Assembly: GCF_009914755.1 (NCBI RefSeq) | Contig: NC_060931.1 | Origin: the human T2T-CHM13v2.0 reference genome, Homo sapiens | Strand: one strand, 5' to 3' | DNA length: 64,000 nucleotides | Shown here: in pieces, positions 12,739 to 31,748 of the stretch | Layout: every line of letters begins with the position of its first letter | How positions within the stretch are numbered: the stretch's first letter is position 1 | Notes under the pieces: model-generated | Told to the model about the DNA's origin: nothing | What the model saw: the letters and a program-made list of their open reading frames with translations, nothing else | Database searches by the model: none | Program-made: the position numbers and the translations under genes

Positions 12739-12744
12739 AATAAA
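12739..12744 (+). terminator. SRRM3: Probable SRRM3 polyadenylation signal (AATAAA) ending a ~1.4 kb 3'UTR
   Basis: First AATAAA I found after the stop codon, followed by GT-rich sequence. Confidence 0.7.
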
Positions 12745-13357
12745 ACCCTTGGTGCCCGGATGGTAGGTGGTGAGACCAGGCCTCTGTGCATGTTGGCACC
12801 CCGGGAGATTCAGGAGGGCAGCGGGGCTGGGGTCTTCCTCTGAGGGAGGCGAAAGGCTCAGACTGCTCCTTGGGACCCCAGAGAGAAGAGCTGGCATCCA
12901 GGAGCCAGTGTGTCTATCCCCCTGCCTCTGAGCTTGAGGCTAAAACAGGGACCCAAAGAGACCTTCCTCCCAGCCTGGAGGCCGGGTGGACTTTGAACAT
13001 CCCACGGGGTGGGCTGCCTGAGCCCACACACCCAGGCTACCTTCAGCAGTGGGTAGGGATGGGGTAGAGGGAGGAGACACAGGGTGGACATAGGCACAGG
13101 GGACACTCACAACATGGTGGGGTGTCACAGAGTGGTTGGGACACAGCCTGAGGCAGCATGCAGGCATGCATCCTGGCTCCTGTGCCTCCCAGCCATGTGA
13201 CACACAGCTGAGATGAGGTGGGCAGGAAATATTCTGACAGTCCTCAGCTCAGTGACTGTGACTGCCATAGAGTGAGCATTTAAAAGGTGGCCACAGCCGG
13301 GCGCGGTGGCTCGCGCCTGTAATCCCAGCACTTTGGGAGGCTGAGGCGGACGGATCA

Positions 13358-13705
<348 letters not shown>

Positions 13706-13739
13706 TCACGAGGTCAGGAGATCAAGACCGTCCTGGCTA

Positions 13740-14046
<307 letters not shown>

Positions 14047-14192
14047 CTAGGGACTAGCAGGGTGCCTGGAAAGAGTGGTTTACAGAAGTTAATTTCCTTT
14101 TTATTTATTTATTTATTAAAAATGTGAGGGCCAGGCTCAGTGGCTCCTGGCCTGTAATCACAGCACTTTGGGAGGCCAAGGCGGGCAGATCA

Positions 14193-14599
<407 letters not shown>

Positions 14600-15222
14600 T
14601 AGAGACAGGGTTTCACCATGTTGCCCAGGCTGGTCTCGAACTTCTGAGCTCAAGCAATCCTCCCAAAGTGCTGAGATTACAAGCATGAGCCACCGCTCCT
14701 GGCCTGTATTTCTTTCTTTTATTAGATCTAAAGAAATACACAATTCCTCCTCCTCCCCCTCTTTCTTGCCTCTAGCCTCTCTCTCCTCCTTCCCCTTCTT
14801 CTCCGTCATTTCTCTCTCTTAGAGTGGTGGGTTTTAAGCTTGTTTTGAATCAGGTCTTCTTCGAGAATCTGATGAAGGCTGAGAACCCTCCCAGAAGAAT
14901 GTGCGCATGCCTGCAGTGTGGCTTGTAACACTGGATCTATCACACACATACTCACTCTGAAGGCTTTTAGCGTCCCACCGGTTAAGAACCCTGGTCCACC
15001 TCCAATGAGGGTGCGGCTGAGGTGGCCCCTGCTCCCACTTCTGTGTGGGCCATGACATAGGTGTCCTTGGCCCAGTCCCCAGAGCTGGGGCTGTGTCATG
15101 ACATGACCCCATTCCAGCTTCTTTTCCCCAAAACTAGAAGGGGCACCTGACCAGTGGCTCTGTTTCCTATCCACGGAAGCTGTTCACAGAAGCCCTGGTG
15201 ATTGGCCAGGTGCGGTGGCTCA

Positions 15223-15535
<313 letters not shown>

Positions 15536-16110
15536 AAGAAAGAAAGAAAAAAAGATAACAAAAAGAAGCCCTCGTGATCTCTGTAACCCTTTCTAACAAG
15601 TTCAACAAAACGCCTCAAGGCAAGGGGCTGGGCTACGGGGAAGCAGACTTGGCCCTGTGCTAGAGATGCGTGAAACACATCTGCACATCTGAGTGGCAGC
15701 ACAGTTGAGGTTGTCCTGCAACTCAGCCTGTCTCACACTGAGCATGGCACTGGGCCTAGGGACTCTGCTGTCTGGCTGCTCCGTCCCCCAACCTCCCATC
15801 CCATTCCGTCACTGCCCAGCCTGACTGCCTTCTGCACGCCACAGCCAGGCTGCTCCCAGCCATTGCAATTGCTTCCTTCCCACCCCACCTCAGCACCTGG
15901 CCCTACCGGCCTCCTCACTGGCCAGCCTGCCTCATTGCCTTCTCCAATCCCTCCTGCTTTTTTCTTTTCTTTCCTTTTTTTTTTTTTTTTTTTTTTTGCG
16001 ACAGGGTCTCACTCTGTCGCTCAGGCTAGAGTGCAGTGGCACCATTATGGCTCACTGCAGCCTTGATCTCCTGGTCTCAAGAGATCTTCCTGCCTCAGCC
16101 TCCTGAGTAG

Positions 16111-16395
<285 letters not shown>

Positions 16396-17268
16396 TGATC
16401 CACCCACCTCGACCTCCCAAAGTGCTGGGATTACAGGCATGAGCCACTGCACCCGGCCATTATTTTTTGTACAGACGGGATCTCGCTATGTTGCCCAGGC
16501 TGGTCTCACACTCCTGGCCTAGAGCGATCCTCCTGCCTCAGTCTCCCAAAGCACTGGGATTCCAGGCATGAACCACCATGCCTGACCACTCCCATTATTT
16601 CTAACATGCAGATCTGAACACCCATTCACTCATTCCACAAATACTTATTGAACAATTCCTATGTCCCCTGCAGAGTGGCTGGCTCTGAGGACACAGTACT
16701 GAATAAATGAGACAGAACTCCTTGCCATGCAGAACCTGCCTCCTGAGGCCACATCCACCAGCTCACAGGCCTTGGAAGGCCTTCTGAGTGACTCCACCTG
16801 GCACGTGCCATCCTTGGCTCCTCCCAGGGCGCCCTCCCACCTTATCTCCCATCGCTGCCCTTGATTCCAATACCCCGAGCCCAGCTGGCGCCCCTCATGC
16901 CCTCTCTGCCTCCACGGGTTCAGGTGAGCTCACAGGCCAAGGCCCAGCTCAGCCACCTCCTCCTCCATGCGGCCTTCCTGATGTGCAGCTGCCGTGACTA
17001 CTCCTGTCTCTGGGGTTCTCTGGGAGCCTGTGTTTAGGGCCCAGTCTCTTCTTCCAGTGATTTATTTGCTAGCATGTTTATCTCTCCCCAAAGCTCTGAG
17101 CTTCTGGAGGCCAGGACATGTCTTCCTTGTCTCTGCATCGCCCACGTAGGCCACTTTGAAATGTTTGTTGAATGAGTCATCGAGTGAAGGAAGGAACCCG
17201 CAGAGGAACGGTTGCAGAAACTTTGGGGGAGGCCTGGGCACCAAAGGCGAGGCGTGGTGGCGGAAAGC

Positions 17269-17287
17269 CGACACTAGAGGGCGACAG
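17269..17287 (+). promoter_or_regulatory. CTCF motif, forward orientation (ACACTAGAGGGCGA)
   Basis: Close match to the CCASYAGRKGGCRS core in a locally CpG-containing, Alu-free segment. Confidence 0.55.
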
Positions 17288-18635
17288 AGAGTAAGGGAAA
17301 AAATGCAGCCAGGACCAACAGGCTTGGAGCAGAGAGATGCCTGGGCCAGGGCTCGTCCCAGCCTGGAAGCCCCAAGCCTTCGTCCTCCATGCCTGCCCTG
17401 GCTTCGTGGGGAAGGGGTGGGGAGCATACCAGCCCCCCCCCCGCCCCACCCCGTCTGAACTCAGTCAGCCGACTGAACTCTGCTCTATACCCTGGGGAAA
17501 GGGAAGAATAGGACCAGGACGGCCGGCAGGAAAACAGGAAACTCCAGTCCCAGAGCAGCGGGCAGAAGACCGTCCCCAGGATGTGGGCACTTCTCGCCAG
17601 AGGGTCCTGAGCCTGGGGCGCACTCTTCTGGTTTGGGGTAAACTTGGTCCTCTCGTGGTCTCTCTCTCTTCAGATAGGGCCCAGGGGAGCCCCCACTCCA
17701 TACCACGTTTTTCCTTCCAACACATACAGCAGCCAGGAGGCCGGACAGAGCTTTCCGGTTTCCTGTTTTCACAACTGTATTTTCCCCTTTCTCCTTAATC
17801 AGTTTCCTACAGCCCCAGACAGGGTGACAGGCCACAGGGCACCTGCCCAGCTTGGCTGTCCCAGCCTGTCCCCCATCCCCTCACCACCCCCAACTTTTTT
17901 TTTTTTTTTTTTGAGACAGAGTCTCGTTGTGTCACCCGGGCTGGAGTGCAGTGAGTGGTGCAATCTCAGCTCACTACAACCCCCACCTCCCAGGTTCAAG
18001 CAATTCTCAAGCTTCAGCCTCCTAAGAGCTGGGACTTTGGGTTTGCACCACCATGCCCGGCTAATTTTTGTAGGTTTTTTTTTTTCTTTTGAGATGGAGT
18101 TTCACTCTTGTCGCCAGGCTGGAGTGCAATGGCACGATCTCGGCTCACTGCAACCTCCACCTCCCGGGTTAAAGTGACTCTCCTGCCTCAGTCTCCTGAG
18201 TAGCTGAGATTACAGGTGTGCACCACCACACCTGGCTAATTTTTGTATTTTTAGTAGAGATGGGATTTCACCATGTTGGCCAGGCTGGTCTCGAACCCCT
18301 GACCTCAGGTGATCTGCCCACCTCAGCCTCCCAAAGTGCTGGGATTACAGGCGTGAGCCACTGCGCCTGGCCTAATTTTTGTATTTTTAGTAGGAACAGG
18401 GTTTCACCATGTTGGCCAGGCTGGTCTCAAACTCCTGGCCTCAAGCAATCCACCTGCCTCAGCCTCCCAAAGCGCTGGGATTACAGGCATGAGCCACCTC
18501 GTGCGGCCTGCCTGCCTTTTTTTGAGACGTTCTAGAAGACCCCGGGCCTCCTGCCTTCCTCTCTCAGTTGAGGGAATACTCAGCAAACTGGCCCCATCAC
18601 CAGGCACCTGCTGGCCTCCAGGCCCCCCTCCACTC

Positions 18636-18760
18636 ACCCAAGGAGGCATCTTAGAGACCCAGATGCCTGGGGGTCTCCTACCTCCCCCTCCACCTACCCA
18701 AGGAGGCATCTTAGAGACCCAGATGCCTGGGGGTCTCCTACCTCCCCCTCCACCTACCCA
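18636..18760. repeat. Perfect 60-bp tandem duplication (about 2.1 copies)
   Basis: 18636-18695 is identical to 18696-18755. Confidence 0.95.
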
Positions 18761-18986
18761 CTTTCTAGGGCTCTCTTAAGGGGGAAATCTAAATCTATCT
18801 CGGGATAGGAATCCCACTCTCCCGCAGGCTTAAGGAGGACTCCTGCCTCATTCACCCCTTTTCTCCATCTCACTCTGATTTAAAGCAGCGCAGGTCATAT
18901 CCAGGCTTAGCTGGCCAACAGGGAGGGAACGTTCCCATCTCAGGCCTGGTGAGTGTCTCCTGTCCTCCCCTCACTCCTACCTCCAC

Positions 18987-19745
18987 TGTTTAAAAAATGA
19001 TTCTATGATACTCGTTAAAGCACGAGCAGGAACATTTTATTCAGGATCATCACAAGAGATATCTAGGCAAGACTGCAATGGGATTGTGCAGTGGAGGAAG
19101 AGAGATTGGGCTCAACTCTGAAGAGAGCACGGGCAAGGGAGAATTTATGGCCCAGGAGCAGGGTGGCGTGAGTGGATGGAAAATTACTAAGAGGAAATAC
19201 TGGGGGGTTCTGGCTCAACTGACCTAGCAGGATTCTAGCTGAAGGCCAGCCAGGGAGATCAGACACCACCTGGGAGATGGTAGAGGATGAGGAACCTGAT
19301 TGGAGGGTGATCAGATCTCAAGGGTGAGCGGCTCTTGCTAAACAGGTTTCTTGCAAAAACTGGATTTACGAACAGGGCGCAGTGGCTCACGCCTGTAATC
19401 CCAGCACATTGGGAGGCCAAGGCGGGTGGATCACCTGAGGTCAGGAGTTCAAGACCAGCCTGACCAACATGGTGAACCCCCATCTCTACTAAAAATACAA
19501 ACTTAGCCAGGCATGGTGGCTCATGCCTGTAATCCCAGCTACTCGGGAGGCTAAGTGAGGCAGGAGAATCGCTTGAACCCAGGAGTCAGAGGTTGCAGTG
19601 AGCTGAGATTGCGCCATTGCACTCCAGCCTGGGCAACAGAGCGAGACTCTGTCGGCGGGGGGGTGGGGAAGACTGGATTTATGCAGAGGGGCTTAGGAGG
19701 TTCCAGAGTCTGAGTAAAGTTTGGTCAAACGGGGGATCTTTGTCA
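18987..19745 (-). mobile_element. MER31-like ERV1 solo LTR interrupted by an Alu (~19375-19660)
   Basis: TG...CA ends, TTTATT near the left end, resemblance to recalled MER31 consensus; the Alu is flanked by an actggattta duplication. Confidence 0.55.
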
Positions 19746-20627
19746 CCCCTTCCCATGTGCACAGCCCTGTCCTGCAGCATTTAGGCTGTGGAGTGGGTAA
19801 TGCAGGGGACCTGGAGGGGAGGGGAAGAATGGAGGAGAAACTGTTGATTCACGGCCCTGGAAGGAGACTTAGAACATCCAGTCCAATGGTTTCATTGTAC
19901 AGATCAAGAAAATGAGTCACGGATGCCGGCCCTTGGCCAAGGCTGCAGTCAAAGACATCCAGGTCCCCAGACTCCAGAGCTAGACAGCCAGAGCGGGAGG
20001 GGCGGGAGGACAGATCCCCAGCCCTCCCACCTGGTCCCTCTGTGGCCCCCGCTTCAGTGGTGATGGGGGTGGCATGGCCCCCTCCCAGTCCAGCCAGAAA
20101 CCAGAGGTCCAGGGAGTGGGGCAGGCTGGAGGTGGGTTTTTAGAAGCGGACTCCCAGAGAGACAGTGTCTAGACGTTTCCAGAAAGACCCAGCGTCCCCT
20201 CTACCCCACCCCCGGCGCTCTGATTACTGTCGTCCATATTTTCAATTCCCAGCAGGCCCGGGGGCTGGCGTCATCCATCAGCTGTCAGGCCTCTCCAGGG
20301 AGCTCGGGCAGCTGCCTGGAGACTCTGGCACTTTCTCTGAGGCGGGGCCAGTGAAGGCGGGGCTGGTTCAGCCGCAGTTGGCAGAGGCCTGCAGAGGGCG
20401 TGGCCAGCATGGTCAAGGCCTTGGGCGCAGGGAAAGGAAGGGGGTTAGTCTTGGGGCTGCTGCTGAGCACCCCACATTTGGGGGCTAGAGATGAGGGGAG
20501 GGACCGTCCAATGAAGGACTCCCTGGACCTTGCAGTGGGCAATGAAGAAGGGGAAGGGCCATGACCTGCCCTCTCACCCTCCCCCAACCCCACTCCACGG
20601 TGGCTTCTGGGAAATCCCTGGGGCTAG

Positions 20628-20775
<148 letters not shown>

Positions 20776-21642
20776 TAGCTGGGATTACAGGCACATGCCA
20801 CCACGCCTGGCTAATTTTTGTATTTTTAGTAAAGACGGGGTTTCACCCTGTTGGTCACGCTGGCCTCGAACTCCTGACTTCATGATCCACCCGTCTCGGC
20901 CTCCCAAAGTACTGGGATTACAGGCGTGAGCCACTGCGCCCAGCCTGCATTTTCTTCTCTATCCCAGAAAAACCACCCCTGGCATCTCAGTGCTCTGGAT
21001 GCTGGAGCCAGCCACAGACTGACAGAGAACAGCTGGGCAGGGGGGCATGTGGGAGCCGCCACCCAGCCCTGGCCCCCTTGCCCAGCTCGGTTGCCCAGTG
21101 GGGAGGGCAGAGTGCAGCCTCCTAGAAAAAAGGCACCCGGTTAGGCTGGAAGACATGCACTCCTGCCCCTGTGCCCTGGAAGCCCACAGCCCTCTCTGAA
21201 CTGTCTGGGAAGTCTCCCCCTTGCTGGATGGAGAATAGGGAGGTCTGAGACCCTTACCAGCTTTGTGACCCTGGGGCCATTCTGACCCTCAGTTTTCTCA
21301 TCTCAATAAATGGGACTCCTAGCTGGATGCCTTGGCTCATGCCTGTAAGCCCAGGTAGTCAGGAGACTAAGGAGGATTGCTTGAGGCCAGATGTTCAAGA
21401 CCAGCCTGAGTAACATAGTGAGACCCCCTCTCTACAAAAAATTGTAAAATTGGCTGGGTGTGGTGGCATGTGCCTGCAGTCCCACCTACTCAGGAGGCTG
21501 AGCAGGGAGGATCACGTGAGCCCGGAACGTTGAGGCTACAGTGGGTTATGATTGCATCACTGCACTCCAGCCTGGGCAACAGAGTGGGGACCCTATCTAT
21601 TAAAAGAAAAAAAAAAAAAAGGAAGTTGGGCGCGGTGGCTCA

Positions 21643-21939
<297 letters not shown>

Positions 21940-22017
21940 CTATAAAGCACATATGTCCGGGCATGGTGGCTCATGTCTGTAATCCCAGCACTTTGGGAGG
22001 CCAAGGTGGGTGGATCA

Positions 22018-22317
<300 letters not shown>

Positions 22318-22644
22318 CTAAGGCTCAGTATCCACAATTAAAGGCCCTCGCAGTCACCGTGAGCGCTTACTGTGCACCGAGCACTTTACACACATTCACG
22401 CACTTGAAACTGACCACAATGCTGTCAGACGGGCAGGGGCGTTGCTAGCTCTACTTTGCAAATAGGGACATGTGGGCTCAGAGTGGTCACCAGGACAGCA
22501 GCACCCACATTCAAGCCCAGCCCTATCTGTCCCCAAAACCCAGTTTCTGCCCTACCACCCACCTCACCCCCATGCTGCCAGAAACCACCCATCTCCTCTC
22601 CCTTGTGGGTGATCTAAAAGTCGTCCCTCAAGAACTGAGCCCTT

Positions 22645-22884
22645 AGCCAGGCTGGTCTTGAACTCCTGACCTCAAGCAATCCACCCACTTCGGCCTCCCA
22701 ACGTGTTGGGATTACAGCTGTTAGCCACCGCGCCCAGCCCGTGGTGGTGCACGCCCGTAGTCCCACCTACTCAGGAGGCAGGAGAATTGCTTGAACCTGG
22801 GAAGCAGAGGTTGTAGTGAGCTGAGATTGTGCCACTGCACTCCAGCCGGCGCAACAGAGCAAAACTCCATCTCAAAAAAAACAA
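22645..22884. mobile_element. 5'-inverted Alu with 12-bp TSD (aactgagccctt)
   Basis: Antisense Alu nt ~1-95, then sense right arm and A-tail, inside one TSD (22633-22644 and 22885-22896). Confidence 0.8.
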
Positions 22885-23558
22885 AACTGAGCCCTTGAAG
22901 ATGAACGTGAATTCCGAGGGAGTGAGCAGAGTGTGTGGGTTTGGTGCCTTGAGTTGCACAATCTCTCAGGCAGCAGGAATAGATCCAGTCCGTCCTGGTT
23001 TCAGGCAAGATGAAGGGAGCTTGTGTCTACAAAGGGCTGGCAGCTCCCATCCAGAGCATGGCTGGGCCTGATAGAGCCACACCTGGAAGCATTTATAACC
23101 ACACCTGACAGCTCCCTCTGGGGTGGGGCACCCCCAGCTCCCGTCTGGGCCAAGGTGAGCAGGCAGAGGCAGATGAGGGCCCTCCCTGGCTCCTGACCTC
23201 ACCTCGACTTTATACAGCTGGGGATGGGTGGGGCTGGGAGCACTGGGGAGCAAAAACCTGGGGCTTTCTGATGCTGTCCCATGGGGTGTCAACCAGGAGC
23301 TCCCAAATGAGACCCACTGGGCTCATGACAATGACCCAGCCAGGGAGGTGAGGTAGAAGGCAGGGGTCCTGTCTGCCTCCCACCATTGGCTCCCGAGAGC
23401 CCCAGGAGTTCAGAGGCCTTTCCAGGAGTGATCTCAGATTCATGGTCCAGCCCCAGCTCTTCCCTGATGGGGAGCAGGTGGGTAAGACAGAAAGGCATCT
23501 AGGGCCGGTGGCTCACACCTGTAATCCCAGCACTCTGGGAGGCGAGGCAGGTGGATCA

Positions 23559-23868
<310 letters not shown>

Positions 23869-24431
23869 CTAGGCAGAAAGATCTCTTGGGGCCAGGAGTT
23901 CAAGACTAGTCTGGGCAACATGGTGCGACACCTGTCTCTACAAAAAATTTAAAAATTAGCCAAGTGTGGTGGCACACATCTGTAGTCCCAGTGACTCAGG
24001 AGGCTGAAGCAGAAGAATCACTTGAGCCCAGGAGGTCAAGACTGCAATGAGCTATGATCACTCCACTGCACTCCAGCCTGGGCAACACAGCGAGACTCTG
24101 TCTCAACAAAAAAAAAAAAAAAAAAGGAGAGAGAGAAAGGCATTTATGAGCTCTCTCTCAAAAAGGAAACTGAGGCTCAGAGAAGGCATGAGGACTTGCT
24201 GCTTCCCCAGCTCATCAAGGTGAGTGGCCTGGAGTCTGCCCCGATTCTGGGCCTGGGCAGGGCAAGACTTCAGTGGCCTTGGCTCCCCATAGAAGTAGGA
24301 GGAGTGGAGCCTCAGTCCCAGGATAGGGACAGCAAGTACAGTGGGACAGAAGAAGTGGGAGGCCCTGGGTACTAGAGAGGCAGGAGGTTGGCTCTGAGAG
24401 CACTTTACCGGAGACAGCAGAAAGCCATTTA

Positions 24432-24966
<535 letters not shown>

Positions 24967-25855
24967 CTACAAAGACAGGAAAGAGGGAATGTCAGGGTTG
25001 TGGCAGGAGCCTAGGGCAGCACCCTCCCTCCAAGCTGGGAGATAGGAGCCAGGATCCCATTGGTGTTTAGATGGATGAGGTAGGGTCAAGGGGCAAGCTC
25101 CAGGCTCTAAGCACTTCTGTGCAGACTCTACTACTTGGAGCTCCCCTCTCCCTCTGTGATGTGGGCATCAAAATCTGCAGAAAGGGAAACTGAGGCCTAG
25201 AGAAAGGAGGGGATTTGCCCAGAATGACACAGGAAGTCCAGACTAATTCAAGTTTGCGGCATTTGAGGTTCCTGGCCAGTGTTTCTTTTTCTTTTTTGTT
25301 TTTTCTTTTTTGTTTGAGACAGAGTCTCGTTCTGTCACCGAGGCTGGAGTGCAGTGGCGCGATCTCAGCTCCCCGCAACCTCTGCCTCCTGGAATGATCC
25401 TCGTGCCTCAGCTTCCCCAGTAGCCGGGATTACAGGCACCCATCACACCTGGCTAATTTTTTGTATTTTTGGCAGACACGGGGTTTCGGCATGTTGGCCA
25501 GGCTGGTCTTGAACTCCTGAACCCAGGCAATAAGTCTGCCTCAGACTCTCAAAGTGCTGGGATTACAGGTGGGAGGCACCACGCCCGGCCAACCAGTGCT
25601 TCTTAAGGAAAGATACATATAGTAGGAGATGTGACAGTAATCTTCCTCCTGGCCCCTCTCAGCACTGTGCCATGGAGGTTCTGATCTGGGCCAGCTGCGC
25701 TGTTAGGGGAAGGGGGAAAATGGCCAAACCCCATGTATTCTCCTTCCTTTTCCCTCTCTTCAATCCCAGGCAGGTAACAATAATTATGATGTACCAGGCT
25801 CCGGGCCAAAGTCATCACCTGCATTAGGTCACCAAATCCTCAGGCCAACCCATTA

Positions 25856-27490
<1,635 letters not shown>

Positions 27491-27949
27491 TAAATATTTT
27501 TTGGTAGAAGTAGGGTCTCACTATGTTGCCCAGACTGGTCTCAAACTCCTAGCCTCAAGGGACCCTTCTGCCTTGGCCTCCCAAAGTGCTGAGATTACAG
27601 GCATGAGCCATGCACCCAGCCCCTTTTTAAAATTTTTTTGAGAGACAAGACTTTGATCTGTTGCCTAGGCTGGAGTGCAGTGGTGAGATCATAGCTCACT
27701 GCAGCCTCAACTCCTGGGCTCAAGCACCAGACTCCTTTTATCACATTCTATCTCACACGCGTGTGGTTCCAATCCTGCCTCTGCCACTTCTCAGTTGTAT
27801 GCCCCAACCCAACCTGTCTGGCTCTGTCCTCCTTAACAGAAGGACGGCCCTGGCCACGGGCCACAGCCAGCAACGCTTAAGCACCAGGGCCGGCGAGTGC
27901 CCTGCCGTGGCACGGCTCCAGCGTCGCGCTCTCGAATTCATTTGCTTTC

Positions 27950-28870
<921 letters not shown>

Positions 28871-28990
28871 AAATTTTTTTAAAGATCATCGATGAAGAGA
28901 GAAAATGCGCTTTTCTACAGAGTCCCCTTCCCACCCACAGCCCCATCCCCAGATAAGCGGGGAGTTCCCTGGCGCGGTGCCAGTTTCTAG

Positions 28991-29642
<652 letters not shown>

Positions 29643-29739
29643 AGCCTTAGCCCGGATGCCCACCCCTGCTGCCGCCACTGGCTGTGCCTCCCCCGCCACC
29701 TGTGTGTTCTTTTGATACATTTATCTTCTGTTTTTCTCA

Positions 29740-29745
29740 AATAAA
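29740..29745 (+). terminator. HSPB1: HSPB1 polyadenylation signal
   Basis: AATAAA about 100 nt after the stop, with U-rich upstream and GT-rich downstream sequence. Confidence 0.9.
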
Positions 29746-31286
29746 GTTCAAAGCAACCACCTGTCACTGGCCCAGGCCCTGGTGTTTGTGGAAGGAAGCC
29801 TCAGGCACCTGCCATTTGCTGGCTTTCAGGAGTCATCTTTGCTCAGGCCCGTGCTGGGCCATGTGGGTACACTGGTGTAGGTTGCTGGACACAGGCTGAC
29901 TCACATCCATAAAGACAGAGGTCTTAGGGCCGGGCGCAGTGGCTCATACCTACAATCCCAGCACTTTGGGGGGTTGAAGCAGGAGGAGTGCTTGAAGCCA
30001 AGAGTTCTAGACCAGCCTGGACAACATAGTAAGACTGTCTCTAAAAAATAAAAATTAGGCAGGGTGGTACTGCACGCCTGTAGTCCCAGCTACTCAGGAG
30101 GCTGAGGCAGGAGGATCGCTTGAGCCCAGGAGTTGTGAAGGGTACAGTGAGCTAACATCGTGCCATTGCACTCCAGCCTGGGCAACAGAACAAGATCCTG
30201 TCTCAAAACAACCAAAAGCCCAGAGAGAAAGAGTGAGACCCCATCTTTAAAAGAAAAAAAAAAAAAGGTCATGATTGCAAGGTCACGATTGCAATTAAAA
30301 CTGTAAGGTGGGGAAGGAGGAGGAAATAAGAGAAGCACCTGAGGCTTGAGTTCTCAGGAGCACCTAGGTTGGGTCCCAGGTGAAGGGGCACAGAGGTAAT
30401 TGCACCTCAGAGCTGATGGGAGGATTACTATGTCAAAAGCTTGGCATCGGCTTCAGCACACCCCAAGGACACCACAGTGGACCTGGCAAGCTTTGAGATC
30501 TCTGTCACCGCCACACTCCCTGAGGCCAGGGCATCCCTGTTGGCAGTCACAAGGGAACTGGCAAGCCGAAATGGGGTGAGAACGGAGCCCGCAGAGTCTC
30601 GGGGTGGGGAGATTGGGCAGAGCCCTGGCCAACCGACGGGCTCAGACCTGTGCTGCTGGCTGGGCCAGCAGCTCTTGTTGCCTGTGTTTATTTCCAGCTG
30701 GCCTCCCTCCAGGTGTAGACAGGCTTCCAAGGGCCCAGTTCCCCTCTCTCTTGTCTGCCCTTGCCCTAGCTGCCACCCTCTCACCAGGCCCAGGGAAAGT
30801 TGAGGTAGAAAGCAGATGGGGGACCAGGCGCGGTGGCTCACACCTATAATCCCAGCACTTTGGGAGGCCGAGGCGGGTGGATTACCTGAGGACAGGAGTT
30901 CGAGACAGCCTGGCCAACAGTGAAACTCCGTCTCTACTAAAAGTACAAAAATTAGCCGGGCATGGTGTTGCATGCCTGTAATTCCAGCTACTCAGGAGGC
31001 TGAGGCAGGGGAATCGCTTGAACCCAGGAGGCAGAAGTTGCAGTGAGCCAAGATCCATGCCACTGCCCTCCAGCTTGGGGGACAAGAGCAAAACTCCATC
31101 TAAAAAAAAAAAACAAAAAACAGATGGGAGCTTTGGAGCTCAGTCCCAAGGTCCTCAAATATTTGAGGGACCCAGAGTCTGAGGCTGTAGCAAGATACTC
31201 CCATGTTCAAGGCGGAGCATGCAGTGAGCCGAGATCGTGCCACTGCACTCCAGCCTGGGCGACAGAGGAAGACTCCGTCTCAGAAG

Positions 31287-31320
<34 letters not shown>

Positions 31321-31454
31321 TCCCATGTTCTTTTCTCAGCCCACAGTCTGACTTTCCCAGGTTCCCTAAGAAGGGTGGCACCCTGCAGGCGAGGGCCTGG
31401 AGCATGTCCACACCACCCCCAATATCACCCCCCACCACCTTGCTGCTTTTTTGA

Positions 31455-31748
<294 letters not shown>

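Noticed and set aside
30452-30476. REST/RE1-like TTCAGCAC...GGACA
   Set aside because: Non-canonical spacing and a poor right half-site.
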